IMG/VR virus record: IMGVR_UViG_3300043384_000003
Location: 1 to 47,334 of that record
Source of the DNA: a virus
Lineage: Duplodnaviria; Caudoviricetes
DNA: 47,334 nt
Strand: one strand, 5' to 3'
A program made the translations under genes and the position numbers. The notes beneath the pieces were generated by a model. The model did not search any database and had not been told where the DNA came from. It saw nothing but the letters and a program-made list of their open reading frames with translations. Below are positions 8,416-17,382 of this stretch, in pieces (the first letter of the stretch is position 1; every line of letters begins with the position of its first letter).

Positions 8416-10107
8416 ATGCCCGAGAAGAACGAAGGCGGCGTGCAGATCCCTGCTGATCTCGCGGGACTGACGCCGGAGCAGCTCGCTGAGCTGGAAACCA
8501 AGGCGGTCGCGGAGTTCGATCGCATCACGTCGGATGACGCGCTGGACGCGGCGGGCCTCAAGGCCGCTGAGGATCTGGTCGCCGGCATCGAGACGATCCG
8601 TGGCGAGTCCACCTCCCGCGCGCAGGCCGCTGCCGAGCTGGCGGCGTCGCGTGACGGTCTGCGCGGTCGCGTGCACACCGATGGCGGCGAAGGCGAAGGC
8701 GAAGGCGACGCGGGCGACGGTTCGGCCCCGGCTGAGCCTGCTCCGGCAGAGCCGGCCCTGGTCGCTGGCGCGCGTCCGAAGACGGACGTTCGTGACGTCC
8801 TCAAGTCCGGCAGCCAGCTGAACGTCCGTCTGTCGGACGCGGCTGCGCGTGTGAACAACAGCAACGCTCCCCGCGCGGAGGCGGTCCTGGTCGCGTCGGC
8901 CGACATCCGGGGTTTCACCCAGGGGTCTCAGCTCAACGGTTACAAGGACCTGGTCAAGGCGTTCGCCTCGCGTGCGCGGACCGTCCCGGTCACGCACGGC
9001 AGCCCGAACTACGTGCCGGTTGCCCAGCTCCAGCGGGAGTACAAGTTCAACCTGGACGACAACTCCACGCCGGATGCGGCGTGGGAGGTCATCCAGGCTG
9101 CGGCCAACCCGACTGCGCTGGTCGCGGCCGGTGGCTGGTGCGCTCCCTCCGAGATCAGTTACGACTTCTTCAACATCGTGGCCGAAGACGGAATGATCGA
9201 CGTTCCGACGACCGGCATCCGGCGCGGCGGCATGCGCTGGCCCACGTCTCCGAGCTTCGGCGACCTGGCGGCGTCCACCGGTCTCTGGGTCTGGAATGAG
9301 ACTCAGGACATCGCGGCGGCCACCGGTACCGCGCAGTCCGGCACCAAGACCTGCGCCCGCGTTCCGTGCGCGTCGTACAACGAAGCCCGGCTCGCCTGTG
9401 ACGGCATCTGCATCACGGCCGGCAACTTCACCACCGACGCGTGGCCGGAGCAGCTGGCCAACTTCCTGCGTCTGGTGATGGCCGCGCACGCGCACCGCGT
9501 GAACACGCGCGTCATCGCGCAGATGGCGGCCGGTTCGGTTCCGGTCACCGGCTACGCGGCCACGGGCATCGGCACGGCGGTCCCGGTACTCAACTCCATC
9601 GAAATGCAGGTGGTGGACTACCGGACGAAGTACGCCATGAGTGACGGCGCGGTCCTGGAGGCCATCTTCCCGAACTGGATCAAGTCGATGATCCGGGCGG
9701 ACCTGGCCAAGCGGAAGGGCTGGGACTCCCCGGACGCGGCGTTCAACATCACGGACGCGGAGATCGCGACCTGGTTCACGCTGCGGAACGTCGCGGTCCA
9801 GTTCGTCCAGGACTGGCAGGTTCGTGGCGCCTCGCAGTTCGGCCAGGCCACCCCGCTCACGGCGTGGCCCTCCAGCGTCCAGTTCATGCTGTACGCGGCC
9901 GGCACGTGGGTTAAGGGCAACGGCCTGAGCCTGGATCTCGGCATCGTCCGGGACTCCACGCTCAACGCCACGAACGACTACACGGCGGCGTGGTCCGAGG
10001 ACTGCTGGCTCACGGCCATGATCGGCCACGAGTCGCGGCTGGTGACCGTCCCGATCTGCTCCAACGGGGCTGTCGGGGCTGACGTCACGATGCCGTGCAC
10101 GCTGTAA
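8416..10107 (+). CDS. Major capsid (hexamer-type) protein with an N-terminal scaffold-like region
   Basis: 563 aa; helical acidic N-terminus; 'AAGGWCAPSE', 'RGGMRWP', 'LDLGIVRDSTLNATNDY' motifs of actinophage major capsid proteins. Confidence 0.9.
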   Translation: MPEKNEGGVQIPADLAGLTPEQLAELETKAVAEFDRITSDDALDAAGLKAAEDLVAGIETIRGESTSRAQAAAELAASRDGLRGRVHTDGGEGEGEGDAGDGSAPAEPAPAEPALVAGARPKTDVRDVLKSGSQLNVRLSDAAARVNNSNAPRAEAVLVASADIRGFTQGSQLNGYKDLVKAFASRARTVPVTHGSPNYVPVAQLQREYKFNLDDNSTPDAAWEVIQAAANPTALVAAGGWCAPSEISYDFFNIVAEDGMIDVPTTGIRRGGMRWPTSPSFGDLAASTGLWVWNETQDIAAATGTAQSGTKTCARVPCASYNEARLACDGICITAGNFTTDAWPEQLANFLRLVMAAHAHRVNTRVIAQMAAGSVPVTGYAATGIGTAVPVLNSIEMQVVDYRTKYAMSDGAVLEAIFPNWIKSMIRADLAKRKGWDSPDAAFNITDAEIATWFTLRNVAVQFVQDWQVRGASQFGQATPLTAWPSSVQFMLYAAGTWVKGNGLSLDLGIVRDSTLNATNDYTAAWSEDCWLTAMIGHESRLVTVPICSNGAVGADVTMPCTL

Positions 10108-10157
10108 CACCGACCGACACAGACGCGCGGAGCTACCCCGGAAGGAGCTGAGCGGCA

Positions 10158-11069
10158 ATGACACTGGGCCTTTACCGCGAGGTAGCTCCGCCTCGTCTGG
10201 ACCCGCTGCCCTATGGACTTCTGTCCGTTGCGCAGCTGGTCCCGGACGGCGATTCGCACTGGATGGCTGGAACCTGGTTCCAGCCGGACGCGTGCGAAAC
10301 GTCCAAGACCATCCAGGCGGACTGCCCGGTCAACCCGGCGCTCGATTGGACGAAGACGCCGACCAGCGTTGGAATCGCGGCTCGCGGTGCCGACGCGTTC
10401 ATGGTCTATTCGTACATCGACTGTTCGCCGGTCGGTCAGTTCGCTGACTACGAGGCTCGCACGCGGGCGGCGCTGGAACGTGGCGCCCCGCGTGCGATCG
10501 AAAAGACGTTCTGGACTGGCATCACGACGGCTCCGGCTGCTTCCGGCGCTGCGGTCTATCCGCACCTGGCATCCAATGCCCAGGTCTTCGGCGTGGGCAA
10601 TGAGATCCTTCTCCAGCCTGCGGCTGTGGTGGTCTCCGGTTCAGGCTCGGCGGGTCTCGCTACGTCGATCGTGGAGGCTGTGGGGCTGCTTGAGGAAGCG
10701 ATGGGGTCCTGTTACCCAGGGGTTCCGACGCTCCACATGCCACGCCGTGCGTTCGCGCATCTCTCCAGCCACTTCATCCTGAATCTCAACGGCAACTTCG
10801 CGAACACTCCCTCCGGCTCGCTCATCAACGCTGGCGGGGGTAACCCGAACGTCGGCCCGGACGGCAGCACTCCGACCCTGGGTCAGGTCTGGATCTACGC
10901 GACCGGTGCTCTCCAGTACCGGCGTGGTGAGGCACGGGCTACCAGCACGATCAACCAAGCGCTTCGACGTGACGTCAACTCCATGCGGTTCATCATGGAG
11001 CAGCCATACCAGTTCAACTGGAATTGCTGCCTCTTTGCCGTGCGTGTTGACCTGACCGGTAACAACTAG
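10158..11069 (+). CDS. Second capsid protein (pentamer/minor capsid type)
   Basis: Follows the major capsid gene; 'PYGLLSVA', 'HW.aG', 'PTLH', 'WIYATG' pattern. Confidence 0.65.
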   Translation: MTLGLYREVAPPRLDPLPYGLLSVAQLVPDGDSHWMAGTWFQPDACETSKTIQADCPVNPALDWTKTPTSVGIAARGADAFMVYSYIDCSPVGQFADYEARTRAALERGAPRAIEKTFWTGITTAPAASGAAVYPHLASNAQVFGVGNEILLQPAAVVVSGSGSAGLATSIVEAVGLLEEAMGSCYPGVPTLHMPRRAFAHLSSHFILNLNGNFANTPSGSLINAGGGNPNVGPDGSTPTLGQVWIYATGALQYRRGEARATSTINQALRRDVNSMRFIMEQPYQFNWNCCLFAVRVDLTGNN

Positions 11070-11084
11070 CACGGGGGAACGTAA

Positions 11085-11753
11085 ATGACCGCCACCTGCG
11101 TGAGTGCCATCAAGGGCACGCTATTCCGCCTCATCAAGCTGGACCAGTGCGGCGTTCCCGTGACCGGCGCGTCCGGAGCAGTCGTCACGTCGGCCGGCTT
11201 CATCGCCATCAAGCCCTCCCCGCAGTATGAGGAGGGCACGGAGTTCATTCAGAAGCTCGCCAACGGTGCGCTCTGCGTGAACCAGAAGGACGCGCCCACG
11301 CTCAAGCGCGTCTCCCTGGACGTCTCGGTCTGCACGATGGACCCGGACATGATCGTCATGGTGACCGGCTCCCGGCTCATCACGAACGGCGCGACGGGTA
11401 CCGGCGTGTTCTTCAATGACGCCATCAACCTGGCGCGCGTCTCCATGGAGGTCTGGCAGCAGGTTGCCGGGCGCGCGTCGTGCATCAACGGCCTCCAGCA
11501 GTACATCTACTGGGCCTTCGCGAACGCGGGGCACGGCATGGTGGGCGACTGGTCCATTGAGAACGGAGTCCTGAACTTCGATCTCAAGATGGAGACCGAT
11601 GAGGCGTATCCGAGCTGGGGGTCACTGCCCACAGCGACACCACCGACCGGCTACCTCAACAGTCAGACCTTCCAGGTGGGCGACCACTACGCGTACAACG
11701 TGACGACAACGGCGCCCCCGGTCGCCGGCTGCGGCGCGGTGACGCTCGTCTAA
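11085..11753 (+). CDS. Major tail (tube) protein
   Basis: 'RLIKLDQCG', 'EEGTEF…ANGALC' pattern; 222 aa; synteny. Confidence 0.75.
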   Translation: MTATCVSAIKGTLFRLIKLDQCGVPVTGASGAVVTSAGFIAIKPSPQYEEGTEFIQKLANGALCVNQKDAPTLKRVSLDVSVCTMDPDMIVMVTGSRLITNGATGTGVFFNDAINLARVSMEVWQQVAGRASCINGLQQYIYWAFANAGHGMVGDWSIENGVLNFDLKMETDEAYPSWGSLPTATPPTGYLNSQTFQVGDHYAYNVTTTAPPVAGCGAVTLV

Positions 11754-11766
11754 CCCAGGCACGGGG

Positions 11767-11814
11767 GAACGCGGGCCGGAGCACAGGGCGTATGCCCGGC
11801 TCTGGTCCGCGTTC
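11767..11814 (+). terminator. Hairpin after the major tail gene (attenuator or terminator)
   Basis: gaacgcgggccggagc…gctctggtccgcgttc long stem with an inner gggc-gtat-gccc hairpin. Confidence 0.55.
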
Positions 11815-11829
11815 GTATGAGGAGAGAAG

Positions 11830-12654
11830 ATGAGTCAGCCAGTCACTTTCGACGCGTTCGGCCCCTGCGTTGATTCGTGGGGAGTGCCGACGTACTTTTG
11901 CGCTCTCACCCCGGCAGCCATTGCGGTAACCGGCGTCGCGTCGCACGTGGCTGCCGAGATCCTTTGGAGCATGACCGGGCGCCAGATCGGCGCGTGTGCC
12001 ATGACCATCCGCCCGTGCGCGGCGAGCTGCTTCGGAGACTGGCCGTTCATCGGCCAGTGGTGGCAGCTCGGCCAGTACCCGCGCCCCCTGTTCTACCAGG
12101 GCGTCTGGTACAACATCGCGTGCGGCAACGGCTGCGCTCAGCGCAGTTGCTCCTGCAACTTCGTCTCTGAAGTGCTGCTCCCGTCTCCGGTCTCGGCTGT
12201 GACCCAGGTCAAGGTGGACGGTGCGGTTCTGGCCCCTACGGCGTACCGCGTCGATGACATGCGCTACCTGGTGCGCACGGACGGCGGAATCTGGCCGCTG
12301 TGCAATGACCTCTCCAAGGCGGATACCCAGGTCGGAACCTGGAGTGTCACGCTGTCGTCCGGCGTGCCGCTGAACGCCACCGGAAGGCTGGCCTGGGCCG
12401 AGCTGACGCAGCAGGTAGCCAAGGCGATGGCGTGCGAAGATGACTGCTCCATTGGCAAGCCGGTGCAACAGCTGGTGCGCCAGGGCGTGACCATGAACTT
12501 CCTGGACCCGACCGACCTGTTTCCGGACGGCCGGCTTGGAATGTACTGGTGTGACGTCTTCATTTCCCAGATGAACCCGCACGCGCTGATGAGTCGTCCG
12601 CAGGCGTATGACGTCGATCGCGAGCTGTACCGAATCACGGGAGATCCACAGTGA
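11830..12654 (+). CDS. Head-to-tail adaptor
   Basis: 'ILWSMTGRQ…IRPC', Cys-rich cluster, 'VRQGVT'; synteny. Confidence 0.7.
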   Translation: MSQPVTFDAFGPCVDSWGVPTYFCALTPAAIAVTGVASHVAAEILWSMTGRQIGACAMTIRPCAASCFGDWPFIGQWWQLGQYPRPLFYQGVWYNIACGNGCAQRSCSCNFVSEVLLPSPVSAVTQVKVDGAVLAPTAYRVDDMRYLVRTDGGIWPLCNDLSKADTQVGTWSVTLSSGVPLNATGRLAWAELTQQVAKAMACEDDCSIGKPVQQLVRQGVTMNFLDPTDLFPDGRLGMYWCDVFISQMNPHALMSRPQAYDVDRELYRITGDPQ

Positions 12655-13202
12655 CCGGCTACGCATGGAACATGCCGTCTGTCGGCAACATCGTGACCGG
12701 CATCCTGTCCGATCTCGCGGCGGCACTGGCGGCCAGTACCGAGAAGGTCTCACACGTCATCTTCACGCCCGGCGCGATGCCGGCTGACGACTGGTGCCAG
12801 TGTGGCCAGCTTGACGCCTGGGTGGCCCGGTCCTACCGGACGCGCACCTTCCCGAACGATGACGCGGCTGTGGTCACCAACTGCTCTGACTTCAAAATCG
12901 TTTTCGACTGCCGGATTCGGCTGGTGCGCTGCCTCCCAGGGGCAGACCACAACGGGAACCCTCCATCCGATGCCGCGCAGACTCAGGCCGCTGTCCTCCA
13001 GTCCCAGGATGCCTGGGTGGTCTGGGGCACGCTGTCCTGCATCCTGGAGGAACTGGCGGAAGTGAACGTGTCGCTCATCGCTGACTGGCAGGTATACGAC
13101 CAGGTTCCGGTGGGACCGCTGGGTGAGTGCGGCGGCACGGAGACATCGTTCCGCTTCTCGCTCATCCCGCAGTGCTGCCCGCTGGACAAGAGTCTGACAT
13201 GA
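12651..13202 (+). CDS. Putative tail terminator / neck protein
   Basis: 'RLVRC', 'GPLGECGG' motifs; translationally coupled; synteny. Confidence 0.55.
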   Translation: MTGYAWNMPSVGNIVTGILSDLAAALAASTEKVSHVIFTPGAMPADDWCQCGQLDAWVARSYRTRTFPNDDAAVVTNCSDFKIVFDCRIRLVRCLPGADHNGNPPSDAAQTQAAVLQSQDAWVVWGTLSCILEELAEVNVSLIADWQVYDQVPVGPLGECGGTETSFRFSLIPQCCPLDKSLT

Positions 13203-13666
13203 CGTCAGTGTCTCGCCAGGGGTTGGACAACGCGGCGCTGAAGGCGCTCCTGTCCGGACCGCAGAGCGGGCTCTATAAGGACATGCTCCGGCGCGGTCTG
13301 AAGGTGGAGAGCAAGGCCAAGCAGAACATCAGTGGAGACGGTGGAACGCACCCGAAGCGCGTGGACACAGGGCGCCTGCGGTCTTCCGTCATCACGGTGA
13401 TGGTGACCTTCAATAACTACCCAGCGGCGGAAGTCGGCACCAATGTGGAGTACGCCCTGGAGGTCCACGACGGCACGGGCATCCACGGCCCCAACGCGGC
13501 GATGATCGTGCCCGTAAACAAGAAGGTTCTCCGCTGGAAGACCAAGGGTCCGACCGGCAAGAACCTGAAGAAGAAGGGCAAGCAGGCGTACACGTTCTCC
13601 ATGAAGTCCTCTGGCATGCTGCCGAACCCCTTCCTGAAGGACGCGCTGATCGCAGCGAAGGGATAG
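13199..13666 (+). CDS. HK97 gp10-like tail completion protein
   Basis: 'VDTGRLRSS', 'VGTNVEYA..VHDGT', 'PNPFL' motifs; ATG at 13199 overlaps the previous stop. Confidence 0.8.
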   Translation: MTSVSRQGLDNAALKALLSGPQSGLYKDMLRRGLKVESKAKQNISGDGGTHPKRVDTGRLRSSVITVMVTFNNYPAAEVGTNVEYALEVHDGTGIHGPNAAMIVPVNKKVLRWKTKGPTGKNLKKKGKQAYTFSMKSSGMLPNPFLKDALIAAKG

Positions 13667-13735
13667 ACCATGTTCTATATGTTCTCCGGCCGTGCGACGA
13701 TGCAGACGTAATGAAACAACGTGCCTGGAGGACTC

Positions 13736-14212
13736 ATGGATGAGAACGGCGCAACCACGGTTGCGGACTTCTCGCTCTCGCTCGATCCGCACCCGTTCAC
13801 GGTCAACGCGGACCTGTTCCACATCATCCCGCAGATCCCCCTGGGTCTGGTCGCTGACGTCCTGGTCGCCATCAAGGGCGCTCGCCAGGCGGACGGGTCG
13901 CCGGACATCGGGGGAATGCTCAAGATCTATGACATCCTGCTGACCGACGACTGTACGGACCGCTTCCGCGAGCGCATGTCATCCAAGAAGGAGCCCATCG
14001 GCCACGAACAGCTGATGCGGATCACGAACTGGGCGCTGGAGAAGTACGGCCTGCGCCCTTCGGAGCCGTCCGCGCCATCTGCGCCTGGCTCGGACGGCGG
14101 GGAAACCTCCATCACTTCGATGGATGGGCCTGCGCTCACGGATGTGCCGGATGGGTCGACTGGCCTGCCTGGCGAGCCTTCAACCTTGTCCACGCATATC
14201 TCCGAGAGCTGA
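13736..14212 (+). CDS. Tail assembly chaperone (G)
   Basis: RBS ggagga before the ATG at 13736; 'YGLRPS' followed by a low-complexity tail; precedes the tape measure gene. Confidence 0.75.
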   Translation: MDENGATTVADFSLSLDPHPFTVNADLFHIIPQIPLGLVADVLVAIKGARQADGSPDIGGMLKIYDILLTDDCTDRFRERMSSKKEPIGHEQLMRITNWALEKYGLRPSEPSAPSAPGSDGGETSITSMDGPALTDVPDGSTGLPGEPSTLSTHISES

Positions 14213-14430
14213 TCTCCACCCAGGTTTCTGAAGATCAGGCCAACCGACTCAACCGGCTGGATCAACAGTTGACCGGAGTTCTCCTCTCCGTACGAACGGC
14301 CCCGATGCCCAGGGCGGCAGGCCAGTCCGCTGATGTGCGGATGCCCCCGCCACCCAGCTGGTGGGTTGACGACGAAGAAGCGAACGAAAGCAACATGTCC
14401 GTCTTGGCGGAGCTGGAACAACGGGGGTAA
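14056..14430 (+). CDS. Tail assembly chaperone extension (GT), reached by -1 frameshift; absent from the ORF track
   Basis: -1 frame open from the CGC CCT TCG site to TAA at 14428-14430: PFGAVRAICAWLG…FDGWAC…WRAFNLVHAYLRE…PSWWVDDEEAN…QRG*. Confidence 0.7.
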   Translation, partial: PFGAVRAICAWLGRRGNLHHFDGWACAHGCAGWVDWPAWRAFNLVHAYLRELISTQVSEDQANRLNRLDQQLTGVLLSVRTAPMPRAAGQSADVRMPPPPSWWVDDEEANESNMSVLAELEQRG

Positions 14431-14435
14431 CTCGC

Positions 14436-17381
14436 ATGACCGTGATCGATGTCGCGAAGGTCCGAATCCAACCGGACCTGAGTACGTTCGCGTCTGAGAC
14501 TGACATCGGCATCGGTCGCGGTCTTGCGGGCGCAGAGTCCGAGGTGGACGCCGTAATCAAGGCGATGGAGGCTCAGTTCGCTGGGCTGGCCAACGTCATT
14601 GAGAAGGAGTTCGGCTCCATCCAGATCAGCGCTGAGGAAGCCTTCGGCGCCATGGCTTCCGACGTGGAGCGCACAGGCGCGGCCATTGAGGCAGAGTTCA
14701 ACCAGGTGGCCGACGCCATCGGGGCGGACTTCGATCAGGCGCAGCACGCGGCGAATCGGAACCTGGATCAGATCGCGGTCAAGAGCGAGGAAACAGGCGG
14801 CAAGGTCAAGGGCGCTTTCTCCAAGATGGCGGCCTTCGGTACGACTGCCGTCACGGCCATCGGTGGCGGGCTCGCGCTCCTGGGCGGGTTCGGTCTCAAG
14901 AGCGCGGCGAACCTGGAACAGGTTCAGGTGGCGCTCTCCAGCCTCACCGGGTCGGCGGCCAAGGGCGAGGCGCAATTCAAGGCGCTGCAACAGTTCGCCG
15001 CTGCGACGCCGTTTGAATTCAAGGACTTGACGACAAGCGCGGAACGATTCGACGCGTTCGCGGCGGCCATCGGCCAGACCCAGGCGCAGCTGAATCCCTT
15101 CCTGACGACCATCGGCAACCTGGTCTCAGAGACCGGTGGCGGCGCGCAGGCACTCGACTCCATCACTCTCGCCCTGGGTCAGACGGCTTCCCAGGGGAAG
15201 CTCACCCTGGGCAACCTGAACCAGATCAATAACGCGCTGCCTGGATTCTCGGCGGTCGCGGCCATCGCCAAGGTACGTGGAGAGTCCACGGCCCAGGTGA
15301 TGCAGGAGATTTCAGCGGGCTCCATCGACGCAAAGACCGGCGTCAATCAGCTGCTCCAGGGGATGAACCAATTCCCCGGTGCGGCGGGCGCCATGGAGAA
15401 GCAGAGCAAGACGCTCACGGGCGTGTTCTCCACCTTCTCTGACACCATGTCAATGGCGCTGTCGGACGCGTTCGCGCCCGTCATTCCCAGCATCAAGGCG
15501 AGCCTTGGCCAGCTGACGCCGGTCCTTGGCCAGGCCATCGGCATGATTGCTCCGCAGCTCGGCACGCTCCTGGCGGCCATCCTGCCCGTGCTCGGCACAC
15601 TGGCCACGGCGCTGGCCGGCATCCTCGGTCCGATCCTGGATGCCCTGGGCACGGCCATGGGTCCGCTGGCTACCGCGCTGGTCCCCCTGGGTACGGCCAT
15701 CGCCAACATCGTGACCGCGCTGTCGCCCCTGCTTGTCCTGGCGGGGCAGCTGATCGGCGCACTGGCCCAGGGGCTTGCGCCCATCCTGGACGCTCTGACG
15801 CCGGTCATTGACACGCTGGTTCAGGCGCTTCTAACCGGTTTGGGACCGTTGATCCCGGTTATTGTCAAGATCGGCCAGATTTTCGGCGCGGTGCTCGCAC
15901 CGATCCTGATGGACGTCTCCAAGATCTTCGAGCAGCTGGGGCCAGTGATCGCGCAGCTGGCCAGCGCCATCGGAGATGTCCTGCTTCAGGTGCTTGAGCA
16001 GATGGCGCCCATCTGGGCTGAGGTCTGGAAGGCCATCCAACCGCTGATCCCCACGCTTCTCCAGCTGATTCCACCGATCCTCCAGGTTGTTCTGTCCCTG
16101 CTCCCGCTGATCCCGGCATTGACGAAGCTCATTGTCTTGCTGGACAAGATCCTGATTCCGGTCATCGCGTTTGCCGTGAAGATCCTGGATTGGCTCGCCA
16201 TCAATGGATTGATCCCTCTGATTAGCGCGCTGGCGGACATCCTCAGCGTGGCCGTGGGTTGGATCGTGGATGCGGTCACCTGGCTGACCAAGCTCAACTG
16301 GTCCAAGATCGGAAAGGACATCGGCGGCGCGTTCGCGGACGGCTGGCACGCGGTGGTCAAGTTCTTTGAGGATCTTGGATCGTCTATCGGATCTTGGTTC
16401 TCCAAGGCGTGGAGCGCGGTGCTGGACTTCTTCACGTCGCTGCCCGGCAAGATCGGCTCTGCCCTGGCGGCGCTCCCTGGAGAGCTGGTCCGGCTCATCG
16501 GTGACGCGCTCCACATGATGCTCTTTGCCATCGGCTTCGGGCTCGGTCTCATCATCAAGGAGTTCATAGCCCTACCTGGTCAGATCGTCTCCCTGGTCTC
16601 CAAGCTGTGGAACTGGGTGACCAAGGAATTCGCCCTTGGCGTCCATAACGCGGTGGCGTTCGCGGAGGCGCTGCCCGGCTTGGTCACGTCCTACTTCCAG
16701 CGGCTCTGGGCAGCTGCTACGGCACTGGTGGCCCGGCTTTGGCATGACGTCGTGGACTTCTTCAGCTCGCTCCCAGGGCGCGTCTCCCGGTCGGTCTCGG
16801 CGCTGTGGTCTGACGTCAAGTCAAAGTTTTCCACGGGCGTGGACAACGCGGTGGCGTTCGCGAAGGGTCTCCCGGGCAAGGTCATGGCGCAGTTCGATTC
16901 GCTCAAGACCAAGGCGCTGAACTGGGCAAGTGGTGCGATCCACTGGCTTTACAACGCTGGCAAGAACATCATCTCCGGTCTCATCAACGGCGTTGAGGAC
17001 ATGATCGGCTCCGCAATCTCCACGATCACCGGAGCCATGGGCGACATCATCGACGGGGCGAAGTCGGCCCTGGGCATCTCCAGTCCGTCCAAGGTCTTCA
17101 TGGAGATCGGTAAGCAGTCCGTGGAGGGCTATAGCAGGGGGTTGGATGACAACGCGGTCACGGCGGCCACCAGCATCCAGAACCTGGTTTCCCCGGTATC
17201 GAACAACTCCAGCACCAGCAACTCAGCGGGCGTGACGCTCGGTCCGGGCGCTGTAGTGGTTCAGTTCGTTGGTGTGACTCCCACGCCGGCTGAGGCGTAC
17301 GCTGCCGGTCAGGCTGCCGGGCAGGGCGTAGGGGACGCGCTGGCACGTCGCAATGTCCGAAACAACGTAAGGGCGCTCTGA
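14436..17381 (+). CDS. Tape measure protein
   Basis: 981 aa, Ala/Gly/Leu-rich helical repeats, 'FAAATPF', Trp/Phe periodic repeats, 'LGISSPSKVF'. Confidence 0.95.
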   Translation: MTVIDVAKVRIQPDLSTFASETDIGIGRGLAGAESEVDAVIKAMEAQFAGLANVIEKEFGSIQISAEEAFGAMASDVERTGAAIEAEFNQVADAIGADFDQAQHAANRNLDQIAVKSEETGGKVKGAFSKMAAFGTTAVTAIGGGLALLGGFGLKSAANLEQVQVALSSLTGSAAKGEAQFKALQQFAAATPFEFKDLTTSAERFDAFAAAIGQTQAQLNPFLTTIGNLVSETGGGAQALDSITLALGQTASQGKLTLGNLNQINNALPGFSAVAAIAKVRGESTAQVMQEISAGSIDAKTGVNQLLQGMNQFPGAAGAMEKQSKTLTGVFSTFSDTMSMALSDAFAPVIPSIKASLGQLTPVLGQAIGMIAPQLGTLLAAILPVLGTLATALAGILGPILDALGTAMGPLATALVPLGTAIANIVTALSPLLVLAGQLIGALAQGLAPILDALTPVIDTLVQALLTGLGPLIPVIVKIGQIFGAVLAPILMDVSKIFEQLGPVIAQLASAIGDVLLQVLEQMAPIWAEVWKAIQPLIPTLLQLIPPILQVVLSLLPLIPALTKLIVLLDKILIPVIAFAVKILDWLAINGLIPLISALADILSVAVGWIVDAVTWLTKLNWSKIGKDIGGAFADGWHAVVKFFEDLGSSIGSWFSKAWSAVLDFFTSLPGKIGSALAALPGELVRLIGDALHMMLFAIGFGLGLIIKEFIALPGQIVSLVSKLWNWVTKEFALGVHNAVAFAEALPGLVTSYFQRLWAAATALVARLWHDVVDFFSSLPGRVSRSVSALWSDVKSKFSTGVDNAVAFAKGLPGKVMAQFDSLKTKALNWASGAIHWLYNAGKNIISGLINGVEDMIGSAISTITGAMGDIIDGAKSALGISSPSKVFMEIGKQSVEGYSRGLDDNAVTAATSIQNLVSPVSNNSSTSNSAGVTLGPGAVVVQFVGVTPTPAEAYAAGQAAGQGVGDALARRNVRNNVRAL

Positions 17382-17382
17382 G

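Noticed and set aside
7690-10164. 824-aa minus-strand ORF (also 6230-7921, 4044-5477, 18127-19179)
   Set aside because: Antisense shadows of real genes in high-GC3 DNA; Arg/Gly/His-rich with no motifs or RBS
14096-14107. GGGGAAAC as the chaperone slippery site
   Set aside because: The 0-frame reads GGC GGG GAA, so the heptamer is out of phase; the -1 frame already looks protein-like from the upstream RP site. Not fully excluded
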